Counted from the first letter of the stretch, positions 12,801-25,999 are shown. The stretch: DNA of 64,000 nt from Octopus bimaculoides (GCF_001194135.2 NC_068981.1:19276327-19340326); one strand, 5' to 3'. Notes: a model not told the origin generated them from the letters alone. Made by a program: numbers and translations.

Positions 12801-13635
12801 TTCAGTTACACTTTGAATTGTATTGAGAGAGGGAGGGAAAGAGAGAGGAGGAAGAGAGAGGAGGTGAGAGATACAAATAGAGTTAACGTAAGAGGCACAG
12901 GATAAGTCCACGTGCTAGGCTTGATGGCAGGCAATGAGTAAAGGAACGCTACACACACGTGATGAGAAAGAAACAGCGGAGGTAGAAGAAGAAGAAGAAG
13001 AAGAAGAAATATTGTGATGATTTTATACTACAAATTATACACGGGATAATAAAAACGTTGGTAGGTGTTACACAAATAAGAAATTTGTGTTATTTAATCA
13101 TATTTTAGGGCAATAAACATTTTTCTTTTGAAAATTAGTATTCATTCCACCATTTTGTCTAAATACTAGGAAATTTGATGAGTCGTGATTCATAATTGCG
13201 ATATGAGGAACCAGGAAAGACTCCAAGTGAAAAACAAGGATGTGTTTAAATGCAGCATGGGAGAGATTAAACATTGATAACCACAGCTTGACCACAGTAA
13301 TTCAGAACACAATTATGGAAGAGATCGATCCAGTCTTGATGCTATAACGCTAGTCTTTGCATATGGACAGTTATCATCGATTTTGACAGACGATCTATGA
13401 TGATGATGATGAACCGCTTAGTCGTTATAATTATTATGTTCGATTAATAACCAATACTATGTGCGTTTTCCATTGTTCATTTCTTCATTTTGAATTAGCA
13501 TAAATGCATAATATTTCTGAAGCATCAATAAAAAAAAATCTGTATTTAAATTAATTAAGATAGAAACATGAAACTCGGATAAATAATGGTTTCAAGCTTT
13601 AGCACAAGACTAGCAACGTTAGGGAGGAGTAAGTT

Positions 13636-14236
13636 GATGATTACAGCGCTTCACTGCTGAACTGATAATATTTTATCTACCCCCAAAGAATGTAGTCAAC
13701 CTCGGCGGAACTTAGAACGAAAAGAGCCGGAAGAAATGTCCTTAGCATTTTGTCCGATAAGCTAACGATTCTGCCAGCTCACTGCCTCTAACTTCGAAAA
13801 ATAATCCTTTCTACTTTAGGCACAAGGCTTGAAATTTTAGAGGAGAGGGCCAGTCGATTAGATCGACCCCAGTACGCAACTGGTACTTAATTTATCAACC
13901 CCGACGGAATGAAAGGTAAAGTCGACCTCGGTGGAATTTCAACTCAGAACGTAAAGACAGACGAAATACTGCTAAGCATTTCGCCCGGCGTGCTAACAAT
14001 TCTTATTTCTTTATTGCCCACAAGGAGCTAAACATAGAGAGGACAAACAAGGACAGACAGATGGGTTAAGTCGATTACATCGACCCCAGTGCGAAACTGG
14101 TACTTAATTTATCGACCCCCAAAGGATGAAGGGCAAAGTCGACCTCGGCGGAATTTGAACTCAGAACGTAACGGCAGAAGAAATACCGCTAAGCATTTCG
14201 CCCGGCGTTCTAACAATTCTGCCAGCTCACCGCCTT
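13636..14236 (-). mobile_element. Three head-to-tail SINE family B copies (two B2, one B1)
   Basis: Repeated minus-strand units with the core CTGGTACTTAATTTATC.ACCCC....GGA.TGAAAGG.AAAGTCGACCTCGG.GGAATTT.AACTCAGAACGTAA. Confidence 0.85.
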
Positions 14237-14394
14237 AACTTCGAAAAATAATACTAATATTGTGGAATAGAGATTTCAGCGGGAATTGAACCTCGAATTA
14301 GCCTGTTAACTGATGCCTTCAAATCAATGTTTAAGTTGTTATATGCGAAAGTAGATCAAGATAAAGATATTCATTTCTACCCGAAGCGCAAGAC

Positions 14395-14550
14395 CTGAAA
14401 TTTGGCGGGTTGGGGTGGGGGTGGAGGTGGCGTGTAGATTACGATGACCCCCGGTGCTTGACTGGTATTTATTTTATCGATCCCGAAAGGGGGTGAATGG
14501 TACAGTCGACTGCGACGGAATTTGAACTCAGAACGTAAAGTTGGACGAAA
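14395..14550 (-). mobile_element. SINE family B copy
   Basis: ACTGGTATTTATTTTATCGATCCCGAAAGG...GACGGAATTTGAACTCAGAACGTAAAG. Confidence 0.75.
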
Positions 14551-14879
14551 GGAATCAAAATAAAGATATTGAAAAAAACAATTTGACATACCTTGACTAA
14601 TATCTTTCTAGGTACCCATAGGTGCTTTCTATTCTTTCCACGTACCCTGTTGTTGCTTTAGGTTAATTGTAACAGCAACACACTTGTTGGTGTTGATAAT
14701 GTTTCTATTATTATGACATAACAATTTGATTACCTGGTGTTGGCAGGGTACCAGTTGAAAGCTATATCAAGATATTTGTTTCTATTTGTATTCATTTTAT
14801 TTCGCGTTTCATACTAAATAGATTCAATATCTTAGCTCACGCAACCCCATTATTAATTGTTTCGTATTAATGTTATTCT

Positions 14880-15070
14880 GCAAGGACGGTGAGCTGGCGG
14901 AATCATATAAACGCCAGACAAAATGCTTTGCGGCATTTATAAGGGTTCTTTATGTTCTGAGGTCAACTTTGTCTTTCATCCCTTCACGGGGTTAATAAAA
15001 TAAAGTACCAGTAACGTACTGGGGTTGACGTAATCGACTAACACCTCCCCTCAAGATTGTTAGCCTTGGG
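14880..15070 (+). mobile_element. SINE family B copy
   Basis: GACGGTGAGCTGGCGGAATC...CAACTTTGTCTTTCATCCC...AAAGTACCAGTAACGTACTGGGG. Confidence 0.75.
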
Positions 15071-15434
15071 TATCATTTTCAGATCATTAATATAAACCTG
15101 AATGCACCGAATTGTCAGGCCTGAAAAGCCAGGAATTTTATTTCATTTGAAACAGTTGTAGAAAAAAGAGATGGATACAGCCGTAGGTTACTGAGTGAAT
15201 GTAAAACGTTTTCAATCTCTAGATGAAGCTGATCTCTATCTTTTACACCACTAACGTCCCCCAGGAAAAACATAACAACTTGCTATTTTCCACTCTTTTT
15301 GGTGCTTGGTTTCAGAAGAAATCAATATTTTATAGCAGCTGGTCAGCGTCCAATAGCAATCATTGATCTCGTTTACTAGCACGATTAGTACCGTAGAGAA
15401 AGGCATCGAGAACACTGTATCGTATTTCCCTTTA

Positions 15435-15494
<60 letters not shown>

Positions 15495-15504
15495 CATATA
15501 TATC

Positions 15505-15715
15505 GTTAGATCATGGGTTCGCTTCCCAGACCAAGTGGAGCGTTGCGTTTTCGAGCAAAACACTTCATTTCACGTTGTTCCATTTCCGCTCAGCTGTGAA
15601 TGGGTTACACTGTAACAGAATAACCTTCCGACAGTTGAGTGGCGTCATTCGGCTGCTAAAACAATACGAAGCGGATTGTGGCCAGCGGTGTATCACAACA
15701 TGCCATAGTCTGGTC
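15505..15715 (+). mobile_element. CORE-like SINE, family E (partial)
   Basis: B-box-like GGGTTCGCTTCCC followed by TCGAGCAAAACACTTCATTTCACGTTG; related head and core at 54960-55090 (minus). Confidence 0.55.
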
Positions 15716-15722
15716 GATACTG

Positions 15723-16017
15723 ATAGCGTGGCTTAGTGGTTAGGGTAATTGGCTCACGATTGTAAGGTCGTGAGTTCGATTCCTGGCGGCGCGTTGTGTA
15801 TTTGTGCAAGACACTTCATTTCTTGTTCCAGTCCACTCAGTATCTGTAACTCAAAGGGCTAGCCTTGACACATTCTCTGTCACGCTGAATCTCCCTGAGA
15901 ACTATGTTAAGGGCACGCGTGTCTATGGAGAGCTCAGCGACTTGCGTGTAAATTTCAGGCTGTTCCGTTGATCGGATCAACTGGAACACTCGTCGTTGAA
16001 ACTGACAGAGTGATAGT
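15723..16017 (+). mobile_element. tRNA-derived CORE-like SINE, family D
   Basis: Head GCGTGGCTTAGTGGTTAGGG...GAGTTCGATTCC, core GCAAGACACTT; colinear with 58958-59290. Confidence 0.8.
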
Positions 16018-16147
16018 TACCGATAGCGTGATATATATATATATATAGGTGCCACGGACCCATGTGAACCCGAACCCATGTGGTTGGGAAGCATGCTTCT
16101 TACCACACGGCCACTCTTATATATATACAGTAACAGTACCAAATAGG

Positions 16148-16367
16148 AAAATTTATTTGTCAACAGAATGTGGCGGTAACCACCCAGAAACCATGGTCTG
16201 TGAGTATCACGTAAGGTTGGAGATGGGAGCGGTGACCTCCCTTGCAAACACTATACGGACACAGACTGTGTGTCGATATCCAGCTGGAAAAGATGTTTCC
16301 CAAGGGCTTAAACAACAGTAACATCATCCTTTATTGGACCACCACATTCTGTTGGAAAATAAACTTT
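16148..16367. mobile_element. MITE with ~30-bp TIRs in TA-rich context (Tc1/mariner-type)
   Basis: AAAATTTATTTGTCAACAGAATGTGGCGGT versus the reverse complement of GGACCACCACATTCTGTTGGAAAATAAACTTT; (TA)n flanks. Confidence 0.6.
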
Positions 16368-17130
16368 ACTATATATGTGTGTGTGTGAAAAGATGGAGTG
16401 TATTCCCACGTGGGAATAATATAAGAGAATTTGTTTTGGGATTTGAAAATGCACCTGAATCTCAAAACGTGTAGTCGTAAATTTTGTAGTAGATATATTT
16501 ACATACCAAGCGGATTTGGACAAAAGTTTTGCTTATGAAATTTGGCAAATACGTTTAAACGATCAATTATTCAAATGTTCACAGAAATTTCATTGTTTCA
16601 CAGGGATACATACACATACAGTCAGAGAGAGAAAAAAGTTCACTTTAATAAAATTTAATCACTTTCTCCTCTCGATATGTGTATAGTTTACGAAGAGAGA
16701 ACAGACACCTAAGTATACTTCTGAGTATCTTAACTAGTGAGGTATTTTATGGATTCGGAAGAATGAAATGTAAAGTCGATTTTCAAAAGAATATGAATTC
16801 AGCATATGAAAGGACGTGAGTGGCACCACAAATCCGTCGCTTATTATCACCTTATCAACTCCTTACTGTTTTATCTAACATCTTTATTTTCGTAGATGAA
16901 TGCTTAAAGTGAGAAGATTAGGATGGACCAAAATTCAAGCTTTCTTTTCATGACTCGGGAGTTGTGAAATATTCAATCGACCAATGCTAGATTTTAATGA
17001 AGAGCGCTGTGGCAGGTGCAGTTTCGTTTGACTGCAACCCTGGAAGACACAAAAGCGAGCGGCTTGTAGTTTTGTGCTTATCGGTGAAAATAGTGATGTT
17101 TCCGCCAATCAGCGAACTGTAAACAGAAAA

Positions 17131-17322
17131 TCCTTCCCCCAACATCGCTTGATAACCGATGCTGGTGTGTTTACCTCCCCGTAACTTAGCGGTTCGGCAA
17201 AAGGGACCGATAGAATAAGTAATAGGCTTACAAAGAATAAGTCCTGGGGTCGATTTGCTTGACTAAAGGCGGTGCTCCAGTATGGCCACAGCCAAATGAC
17301 TGAAACAAGTAAAAGAGTAAAA
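17131..17322 (+). mobile_element. SINE family A, 3' half
   Basis: CCCCCAACATCGCTTGATAACCGATGCTGG...GACTGAAACAAGTAAAAGAGTAAAAG. Confidence 0.9.
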
Positions 17323-17417
17323 GTGTATCTGTGCACAATTAGATTTCACTTTCTTCGTTATTCATCTCCCTTATTTGAATATCAGCAACAAAGACTTACA
17401 ATTAATCTTATCAAATG

Positions 17418-18078
17418 TTTGGATCTTTTTTAAAACGGGGGCCACAGTATTTTCTTAACGAAACACTTTGAAACTTCGAACACTGGTAGAACGTGTCATA
17501 TAAAACATCTTTTTCTCTTAGTCTTCTTTAAAAAAAAAAAGAAATCCCTAAATTATTCCATGTTAAAGTTGTCGTATTTCTGTAATTTCAACCAACCACT
17601 GACGTCCATTCAGCCGATATACATTAAGTGCCGACTACATAAACAAACGATTCTGAAACAATTCTATCGGTGATAAAATTATTATTTCCTTGTCAAAAAA
17701 TGGCTGAAGCATATTGGCAGTAGCTAATAAACATTTCTATTATAGGCTAACCCTAACCGTAGGGTNNNNNNNNNNCGAAGGAAAACGAACACACGTGTTG
17801 CCTCTCTGCAAATGTCAGAAGTTATGGACATTAAATACGCTTTACACCGCTTAATCAGCCAAAGGAGTAAATGTAAACAACTGAATACTTGTTAGTGATT
17901 GGTTGAAATTATCGAAATAAGACAATTTTTTACATGAAATAAATTCGAATACAAAAATATTTTTCTGTTCTATAACACAAAATAGATAAGTATACGAAGT
18001 TTGAAAGTCTTTCGGTACCAAAAACACTACGTAAAACATTAATGAAAACTGTGGCCCCCGTTTTAAAATAGATCCAAA
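17418..18078. mobile_element. MITE / non-autonomous DNA transposon with ~32-bp TIRs
   Basis: TTTGGATCTTTTTTAAAACGGGGGCCACAGT (17418) and ACTGTGGCCCCCGTTTTAAAATAGATCCAAA (ending 18078) are inverted repeats. Confidence 0.7.
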
Positions 18079-18232
18079 TGTTTCCTTCTTCTACTCCTCC
18101 AAATCTTCATCTTCCTCCTCTTCTGCTCTCCGAACTCCTCGATCCATCAACAATTCTTCCACCCTGTTCCATCATTCTCCACGCACATTAACTACATTAA
18201 TTAATGAATTTTATAATTATTATTATTATTAA

Positions 18233-18538
18233 TATGCGCTCTTTTAAAGCCTATCCAGGCTCATGGACCCGGTTCCCCGGTTTCTATAGTGTATGTGTTC
18301 CCTCCCCCCTCAGCTGGACGGGACGCCAATCCATCACAGCTTTACTCAAGAAACAGGAAGAAAGAGTGAGAGAAAGTTGGGGCGTAAGAGTATAACAGTG
18401 GTGCCCCCCCCCCTGCCGGAGCCTCGTGAAGCTTTAGGTGTTTTCGCTCAATAAACACACACAACGCCCGGTCTGGGAATAGAAACCGTGATTCTCCGAT
18501 CGTGAGTCCGCTGCTCTAACCACTGGGCCATTGCACCT
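18233..18538 (-). mobile_element. tRNA-derived SINE family C (V-domain-like)
   Basis: Reverse-complement homologue of 59934-60235; (ATT)n-type tail at 18215-18232. Confidence 0.85.
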
Positions 18539-18979
18539 TCACACAAATAATGAATTACCTGCTCTTAATCTCTTAAACCCGCGATTGCACTTTAGCGAGC
18601 ATGATTTCGTTTGACTATACCCCTGCAAAAGTGAACGGCCACTGACTCACTAATTAGCGGAGACATCGATGTTCTCCGCGGTAAACATAAAATCACGAGG
18701 CTGTCTAGTCCTTCGTCACCAAATTGTCAGCACTCTAGATTTCTCCCCATGTTTTTTTTTTTTCTGGCAGCTTGCAACCGTTCAAGATAAACGTCAACTG
18801 TAACAATCTCAGCAACCACGGAAAGATTACAAATGTCATGGACACAACTCTTTATTCAGCACGAAACCGATCAATAAACAAATAAATAACAATAATTCAA
18901 TTTCGATTAGATTTCGGGTATTTTCATTGTTATTAATTAGTTTAAAACAGAAACCATTATTACATTATTAATTAATTAG

Positions 18980-19945
18980 TTTAAGACGGCGAGCTGACAC
19001 AACTGTTAGAGCGTCAAAAAAAAAAAAAATGCTCTGCGGTATTGTTTGTTCCGGCTCTTTACATTCTGAGTTCAAATCCCACTGGGCTCAATTTTACCCT
19101 TTCATCCTGTTGAGTCTAATAAAATAAAGTACCTATCAAGTACTGAAGTTGATGGCATTGACTAAGTCTCTCCTCTTCAAAATTACTGGTCGTGCACATT
19201 AGTTTAAAGAGGAAACCTTTACTATTAGTTAATTAGCATAAGGTGACGACGAGCTGGTGGAATCGTTAGAGCGACGAGAAAAATGCTTTGCAGTATTTGC
19301 TTCAGCCCTACACTTTGAGTTCAAATTCTCCCAAAGTCAACTCTACGTTTCATACTTTCGGAGTCAATAACACTTGTCAAGCATTGGGATTGCTGGTATC
19401 AACTTACCACCCCCAACGACGTCGCCTCAATATCGCTGGTCTTACTCCTAAATTAGAAAAACATTATTAATTAATTATAAAAAGTTTTGTTAAAAACAAT
19501 AATTATTAGAAATAATAATTATTTTTAAAAATGAATTGTTAGAAACAATTAATTAGTTAGAAGAGTGGGGAAATGTTAGAATCGGTGGTGGCGGAGTGAT
19601 TAGTGGAGCGTTGGACAAACTATCTTGTGATATTTAATCACGTGTCCATTTATTTTCTGAGTTCAAAACGTACCGAAGGCGACTTTGCACTTGTGTTCTT
19701 CCTTCCAAGATTGAGAAGAGATTGAAACAGTGGGTGTGATTGATATTCTACTTGAACACCTACAGCTTACTGATTATATTTTTCTGGCTTTTTATTATCT
19801 CAGTTCAAACCCCACTGAGATCAATTATGTCTTTCATCTCTCTGGGACTGATAAAATAAAGTACCAGTCGAATACTGAGGTCAACGTTATCGACTAACCT
19901 TCCTAAAACAAACAAAATAAATTCTGGTCTCCTGCTTAAATCAGA
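18980..19945 (+). mobile_element. Cluster of 3-4 diverged SINE family B copies
   Basis: Repeated GGCGAGCTG..GAA heads, TCTGAGTTCAAA B-box segments and CTTTCAT..AAAATAAAGTACC cores. Confidence 0.7.
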
Positions 19946-20829
19946 AACAATTGCTAATAACTCACGTATTGATACTTTAGTAATTAATGTCAGTTCATTA
20001 ACCTTGTATTATTAGGTAAATGATTTATGTCAGTCATAAGTTTTGTTTACCGTTTAATAAGTAATCTTTCCTGGCTACAGCGGTTTCGGAGGAAAGAGCG
20101 ACTGAATTTTCATTAATTGATGAATCTTAATTAAGCCTTTAAGCCCGATCTTCAACCTAAGCAGCTAAAAAAAGGCTCTCGTGGGTTTGATTTCACAACA
20201 GATATTTGTCCGTATATTTTTTTTATTTAGAAAGGAAATAGTATAGTCTGTACGTGCACCACCATCGCTCCCTCTCTCTTTCTCCTTTCCTTCCTTTCTC
20301 TCCTTCCCCCTCTCCCTCTCCGTTCCCCCCTCTCTCTCCCTGCTTCTCTGTCTCTGTCTGTCTGTCTGTCTGTCTGTCTCTGCTTCTCTGTCTCTCTCCT
20401 AAAATATATTGGCTATGAAAACCTATTGGTCTGCATGAGATTACATTGAGCGCAAATACATGGTGTCCCAATAAGATGAGACAGACACCAAACACATATT
20501 GGATAGGTAGGGTGTTGGTCAATGTGGGGCCAATTTTACACCCAATATGGACAGGCAACGTTACATGCAATCATGTATGTAACCATATGTCTTGTTTGAT
20601 GGGTAAATAAATGTGCAAGGAATAATAGAATACGTATTATGACCATATCTAGCCTAACCGTCTCGGAATATGTCCGATTCGACCACACTAGCCATCTCAA
20701 TCACACCAGCCATCTCGGTTACGCCACCCGTCTCGATAAAGCCACCCATTTTGTTCCTGCATAACATTTGAGAGATCAGCATAGCCACACCCTGTGTCCG
20801 TACAGAAGTAATCAGTGAAGGATTCTGCA

Positions 20830-21250
20830 GGGTGGCCGACCCGAGTATATCCAAGTTGGTGTGTCCAAACGTGTCTAACACTAATGAGTTCTTGCTTACT
20901 ACTCTTACAACGTCTCTCTCACTTCTCTCACGATATCATTTATTTCAAAAAGACTACCATACAACTTTTGACCCGTATAACATGCTGTCTGTCTGCTCCC
21001 TCTGTCTTTTATGCTGCTACTATAATAACCTTGAAGGTAACTGTACTGATAACTCCACCTCTCAGTTATCCCCGATCCATTCGTCTATCAACTTCTCGTC
21101 ACCCTTCTGGCATACAAACCCTGCGCCGCACTAATCACTATTCACAGTCCTTCTTCATAGAAACCAGCCGGCTGGAATCTTTTCCCTGCTCATGCTATTC
21201 TTGTAGATGTTTCCCTGCAACAGTTTAAACGGAATATTAACGGCATCACA
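20830..21250 (+). mobile_element. CR1/Jockey-like LINE ORF2 C-terminal remnant
   Basis: ORF 20815-21228 reads LQRLSH..SVFY..PPLSYPRSIRLSTSRHP..RRTNHYSQSFFIETSRL. This matches the post-RT tail LQPLSHRR..LFYRY..P..TRLS..HP..R.N.YSQSF...KLWNSLP of CR1-group elements; ends LQQFKRNIN. Confidence 0.7.
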
Positions 21251-22511
21251 GATCACAGAGAACTTGCGAGGGTCTTTCCTCCAGACTCAGCAAATAAAAA
21301 AGAAAGACAGTCTTGAGTTGGGTGCCCTGTCCGCAAGATATTCAGAACATATTCTGCTAATAGCATGTGGGTGTAAAAGCCATCAAGCCTTGCTTCTATG
21401 TGTTTGGTGGATACTCAGCCAGTGGAGCCATAACATAGCACTGATTCAATTGTAGAATGGAAGAAGTTCCTCTTCGTGTCATCAGATAGTAATGACAACT
21501 AGAAGTCACTGAAGCCATCAAAATCAAGCCATACTTTTGCGAGATGAATTTTTGCATATTTTTCTGTGAATGCGACGTTACTTTCGAAGTAAATACATCT
21601 GCTACAACCAGAGGCAGGACAAACAAACACATTCATAGAAAACTTTTTCTTAACCACTAGGATGGGTAATTTATGCTATAGACTTCCCTAGTAATTTCTA
21701 GAGCTGTGTTCTATGAAAGCTTTGTAGAGCGACAGGTTAACGTCTATCGAATAAATCTTAACATAAATCCCTGATGGAGTACGTCTGTCTAACTTAATCA
21801 ATCGACAAACGGAAAATTTAAAAATTCAAAAGCCGGGGTATATTTAGTGTATCGACAACAACTTTATTTCATTTTCAAATAAAATATAAAAAGATTTCCA
21901 ATTTGCGTATCAACACATTCATATTACAACAGCTGTAAATAAAATTTCTTTGCGAAAAGACAGATCTGACATCTTATCTGAAATTTTACATTTACTGGAT
22001 GGAAATTGAGAGAAATTCTCTGATCAAGTCACTTTAAGAAAAATATTGGAATATAAACTAGTGATGAAAGGTCACACAACATATTGTATTTCAATTCAGT
22101 ATATTGGGTTGCTAATTATAAAACTGAAATCAGTATTTACATCCAATAAGAGGTTAATTAAACTTAGTTAAGTTTCTTGAGAAGACATAAATTAGCAATT
22201 GTGATCGATCTTTGACTGCAGATGATAGAAAACAAAAACAAAAAAATAATTGATATTATTTCAAAGTTCGCAAATTATAGTCTACAAGCAGGTCGATGGT
22301 GAGTATTTGATCAAATAGATTTTGATTATAGTTTCTCCTACGCTACACCTTATATATATATATGTCTCTCTTCTTCACCATCTCCTCCTCATAATTTCCT
22401 TCTTCTTCACCTTCCTAACCTATCTCCTAATACACACACACTCACACAAACACACAAATACGTGCGTGCTAATGCCACATATACATGTATACATACACAC
22501 AAACACACGCA

Positions 22512-22548
<37 letters not shown>

Positions 22549-23840
22549 GCATACGTACATACAGAGAGGAAGTGAGGCGAAGGAGAAAGAGGGAGACAAG
22601 AAAATATGAAATTAGATAAAAAGAAAGGAAATGGTCAAAAAATCTCTGTATGTGTATATATGTCTATATTGCATATGTTTATATGTGTAAACAGCTCGAT
22701 TACACTTTCTCTACCCCGTCCCTTATATATATTAACATATAAAACTGATAGATACCAAATATATATATATATATATATATATACAAAATATATGAAATTA
22801 TATGATATATATGCATATACGTATATATATATATATATATANNNNNNNNNNNNNNNNNNNNNNNNNNNNNNNNNNNNNNNNNNNNNNNNNNNNNNNNNNN
22901 NNNNNNNNNNNNNNNNNNNNNNNNNNNNNNNNNNNNNNNNNNNNNNNNNNNNNNNNNNNNNNNNNNNNNNNNNNNNNNNNNNNNNNNNNNNNNNNNNNNN
23001 NNNNNNNNNNNNNNNNNNNNNNNNNNNNNNNNNNNNNNNNNNNNNNNNNNNNNNNNNNNNNNNNNNNNNNNNNNNNNNNNNNNNNNNNNNNNNNNNNNNN
23101 NNNNNNNNNNNNNNNNNNNNNNNNNNNNNNNNNNNNNNNNNNNNNNNNNNNNNNNNNNNNNNNNNNNNNNNNNNNNNNNNNNNNNNNNNNNNNNNNNNNN
23201 NNNNNNNNNNNNNNNNNNNNNNNNNNNNNNNNNNNNNNNNNNNNNNNNNNNNNNNNNNNNNNNNNNNNNNNNNNNNNNNNNNNNNNNNNNNNNNNNNNNN
23301 NNNNNNNNNNNNNNNNNNNNNNNNNNNNNNNNNNNNNNNNNNNNNNNNNNNNNNNNNNNNNNNNNNNNNNNNNNNNNNNNNNNNNNNNNNNNNNNNNNNN
23401 NNNNNNNNNNNNNNNNNNNNNNNNNNNNNNNNNNNNNNNNNNNNNNNNNNNNNNNNNNNNNNNNNNNNNNNNNNNNNNNNNNNNNNNNNNNNNNNNNNNN
23501 NNNNNNNNNNNNNNNNNNNNNNNNNNNNNNNNNNNNNNNNNNNNNNNNNNNNNNNNNNNNNNNNNNNNNNNNNNNNNNNNNNNNNNNNNNNNNNNNNNNN
23601 NNNNNNNNNNNNNNNNNNNNNNNNNNNNNNNNNNNNNNNNNNNNNNNNNNNNNNNNNNNNNNNNNNNNNNNNNNNNNNNNNNNNNNNNNNNNNNNNNNNN
23701 NNNNNNNNNNNNNNNNNNNNNNNNNNNNNNNNNNNNNNNNNNNNNNNNNNNNNNNNNNNNNNNNNNNNNNNNNNTATATATATATATATATATATATATA
23801 GCTATATATGTGCACATACATCTCTATATATGCATATATG

Positions 23841-23879
<39 letters not shown>

Positions 23880-25159
23880 TTATATATACGTTCATATGTG
23901 TGCGTATGCGTCTACAAGTAATGCGTTTCTGTGTATACACGCGTATGTACATACATACCCGCATACACACACACACACACACACACATATACATGTACAT
24001 ATATGCATGTACATATATATATAAATATATACGCACGCGCTCGCGCATACACATACACACGCTCGCACACATACGTATGTAAGTACGTATGTATGTATGT
24101 ATGTATGACATTAATACCTCCAAATAACCCTCAGCTTATTGTGCACGAATATATACATATATGTTTTTAAATTTCAATCTCTTCTGTTTATTCTCCCTTA
24201 CTATGATGTCCTCCCTTCAGTTCACTCTATTGACTATTTTTCTATAATTAATGTTCAACATAAACTAAAATTAAAGCTAGGTAAAGATTTAAAACAGGAA
24301 ATTACGTAAACACTGGCGTATTTCAAGTAACCAATCAAACTCTCGAGAAACTGACGGACAGCCATATTTGACGGCTGAACAGCTAGCTCTCTGTTCAATA
24401 ACTTATCTTCTCGCAGCCATGTTGCTTGAGTATAACCACTATTTATCTAATTTGTACACGAGCCAAAACTCTATCAAAACATCATATTTCTATTTCCAAG
24501 TAAACTAAATCAATAACTAGTTCGATAAAGAACTTGTGAGGTCATGTCGACTTTCAATAAGCGGCACATGTTGGAAACGACCCGACTCTCTCAGAAGACA
24601 AGTTCTGCAGTGGAATCGCTCCTCGCGTAAACGAGCAAACGAGAATGCAGATTGGGTGGAAACGAGTAAGGAGCAGTTGTTAAAGTTGTTAATCGTTGCT
24701 TGGGAGATAAATCTGAAATAGTTTAAGAAGGCTTATATAGGCTTTGGTATTGTATATACATTACTAGACGTGAACCGACATGTATTAACTTGCAATGATA
24801 AGAAACAAAACAAGTTAGTAAGTCAACAACTGGACTCAGGGAATTGCAGTAGTAAATAAAACATCAACTATTATTTAAACATAACTATCAATGGCTATTA
24901 GTCTCCAAATGTGTACATGCAAGTTTGAGTGAATGAGTAAGACAGAAAAAAAGGGAGAGAGAGGGAGGGAGGAGGGAGGAGAAAGGAAATCAGGAGATCA
25001 GAGTGACGAAAGCCGTTAAATGTTGAGATATTCTCCACAAACGAATTGAAGGTTCCGTTTCAAATCTCAGTTGGGAGAGATTCTTTTCATTTGTGTCTCA
25101 AATAAACTTACCGCACCTTTGCCGATAGTTCTATTCGATCAACCTGTTTCACTAATATC

Positions 25160-25195
<36 letters not shown>

Positions 25196-25197
25196 AC

Positions 25198-25270
25198 AGT
25201 GACTTCGAAGTTTCGACCAATTAAGCCGTCGTCTAACGATGGCTGAACTGGCCGAAACTTCGAAGTCGCT
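25198..25270. repeat. 73-nt near-perfect hairpin with degenerate hammerhead-like cores (Penelope-type inverted terminus)
   Basis: GACTTCGAAGTTTCGACCAATT/AACTGGCCGAAACTTCGAAGTC outer arm, GCCGTCGT/ACGATGGC inner arm; CTAACGA...GAAAC core. Abuts an N-gap. Confidence 0.55.
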
Positions 25271-25999
25271 NNNNNNNNNNNNNNNNNNNNNNNNNNNNNN
25301 NNNNNNNNNNNNNNNNNNNNNNNNNNNNNNNNNNNNNNNNNNNNNNNNNNNNNNNNNNNNNNNNNNNNNNNNNNNNNNNNNNNNNNNNNNNNNNNNNNNN
25401 NNNNNNNNNNNNNNNNNNNNNNNNNNNNNNNNNNNNNNNNNNNNNNNNNNNNNNNNNNNNNNNNNNNNNNNNNNNNNNNNNNNNNNNNNNNNNNNNNNNN
25501 NNNNNNNNNNNNNNNNNNNNNNNNNNNNNNNNNNNNNNNNNNNNNNNNNNNNNNNNNNNNNNNNNNNNNNNNNNNNNNNNNNNNNNNNNNNNNNNNNNNN
25601 NNNNNNNNNNNNNNNNNNNNNNNNNNNNNNNNNNNNNNNNNNNNNNNNNNNNNNNNNNNNNNNNNNNNNNNNNNNNNNNNNNNNNNNNNNNNNNNNNNNN
25701 NNNNNNNNNNNNNNNNNNNNNNNNNNNNNNNNNNNNNNNNNNNNNNNNNNNNNNNNNNNNNCCATAATGGGATTCAATCAGTCTTGATTAAGATTATCGT
25801 AATCTCATGTTAACTGTCAATTCTTTACTCCTCAAAGAAAAAATGCAATTTCAGTAAAAATCTTGATGAGACAATTGCATGTAACCGCTTTTGAGGAATG
25901 ATGTTGCTCCTGCTGCATTGTCGGAAACAACATTCATTCATTCATTCATACATACATACATACATACATACATACATACATACATACATACATACATAC

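Noticed and set aside
12627-12911. Minus-strand ORF as a host exon
   Set aside because: The plus strand of the same interval encodes the RTE RT motif (LFTDECAL), which explains the sequence.
17745-17765. Telomere-like CTAACCCTAACC
   Set aside because: Only two units, inside a MITE and next to a gap; not a telomeric array.
22606-24082. Longest ORFs in the track (339-426 aa) and similar ones at 25190, 26739, 33121, 41460, 49746, 57089 and 62200
   Set aside because: They are open only because they run through N-gaps (poly-X) and (TA)n repeats.
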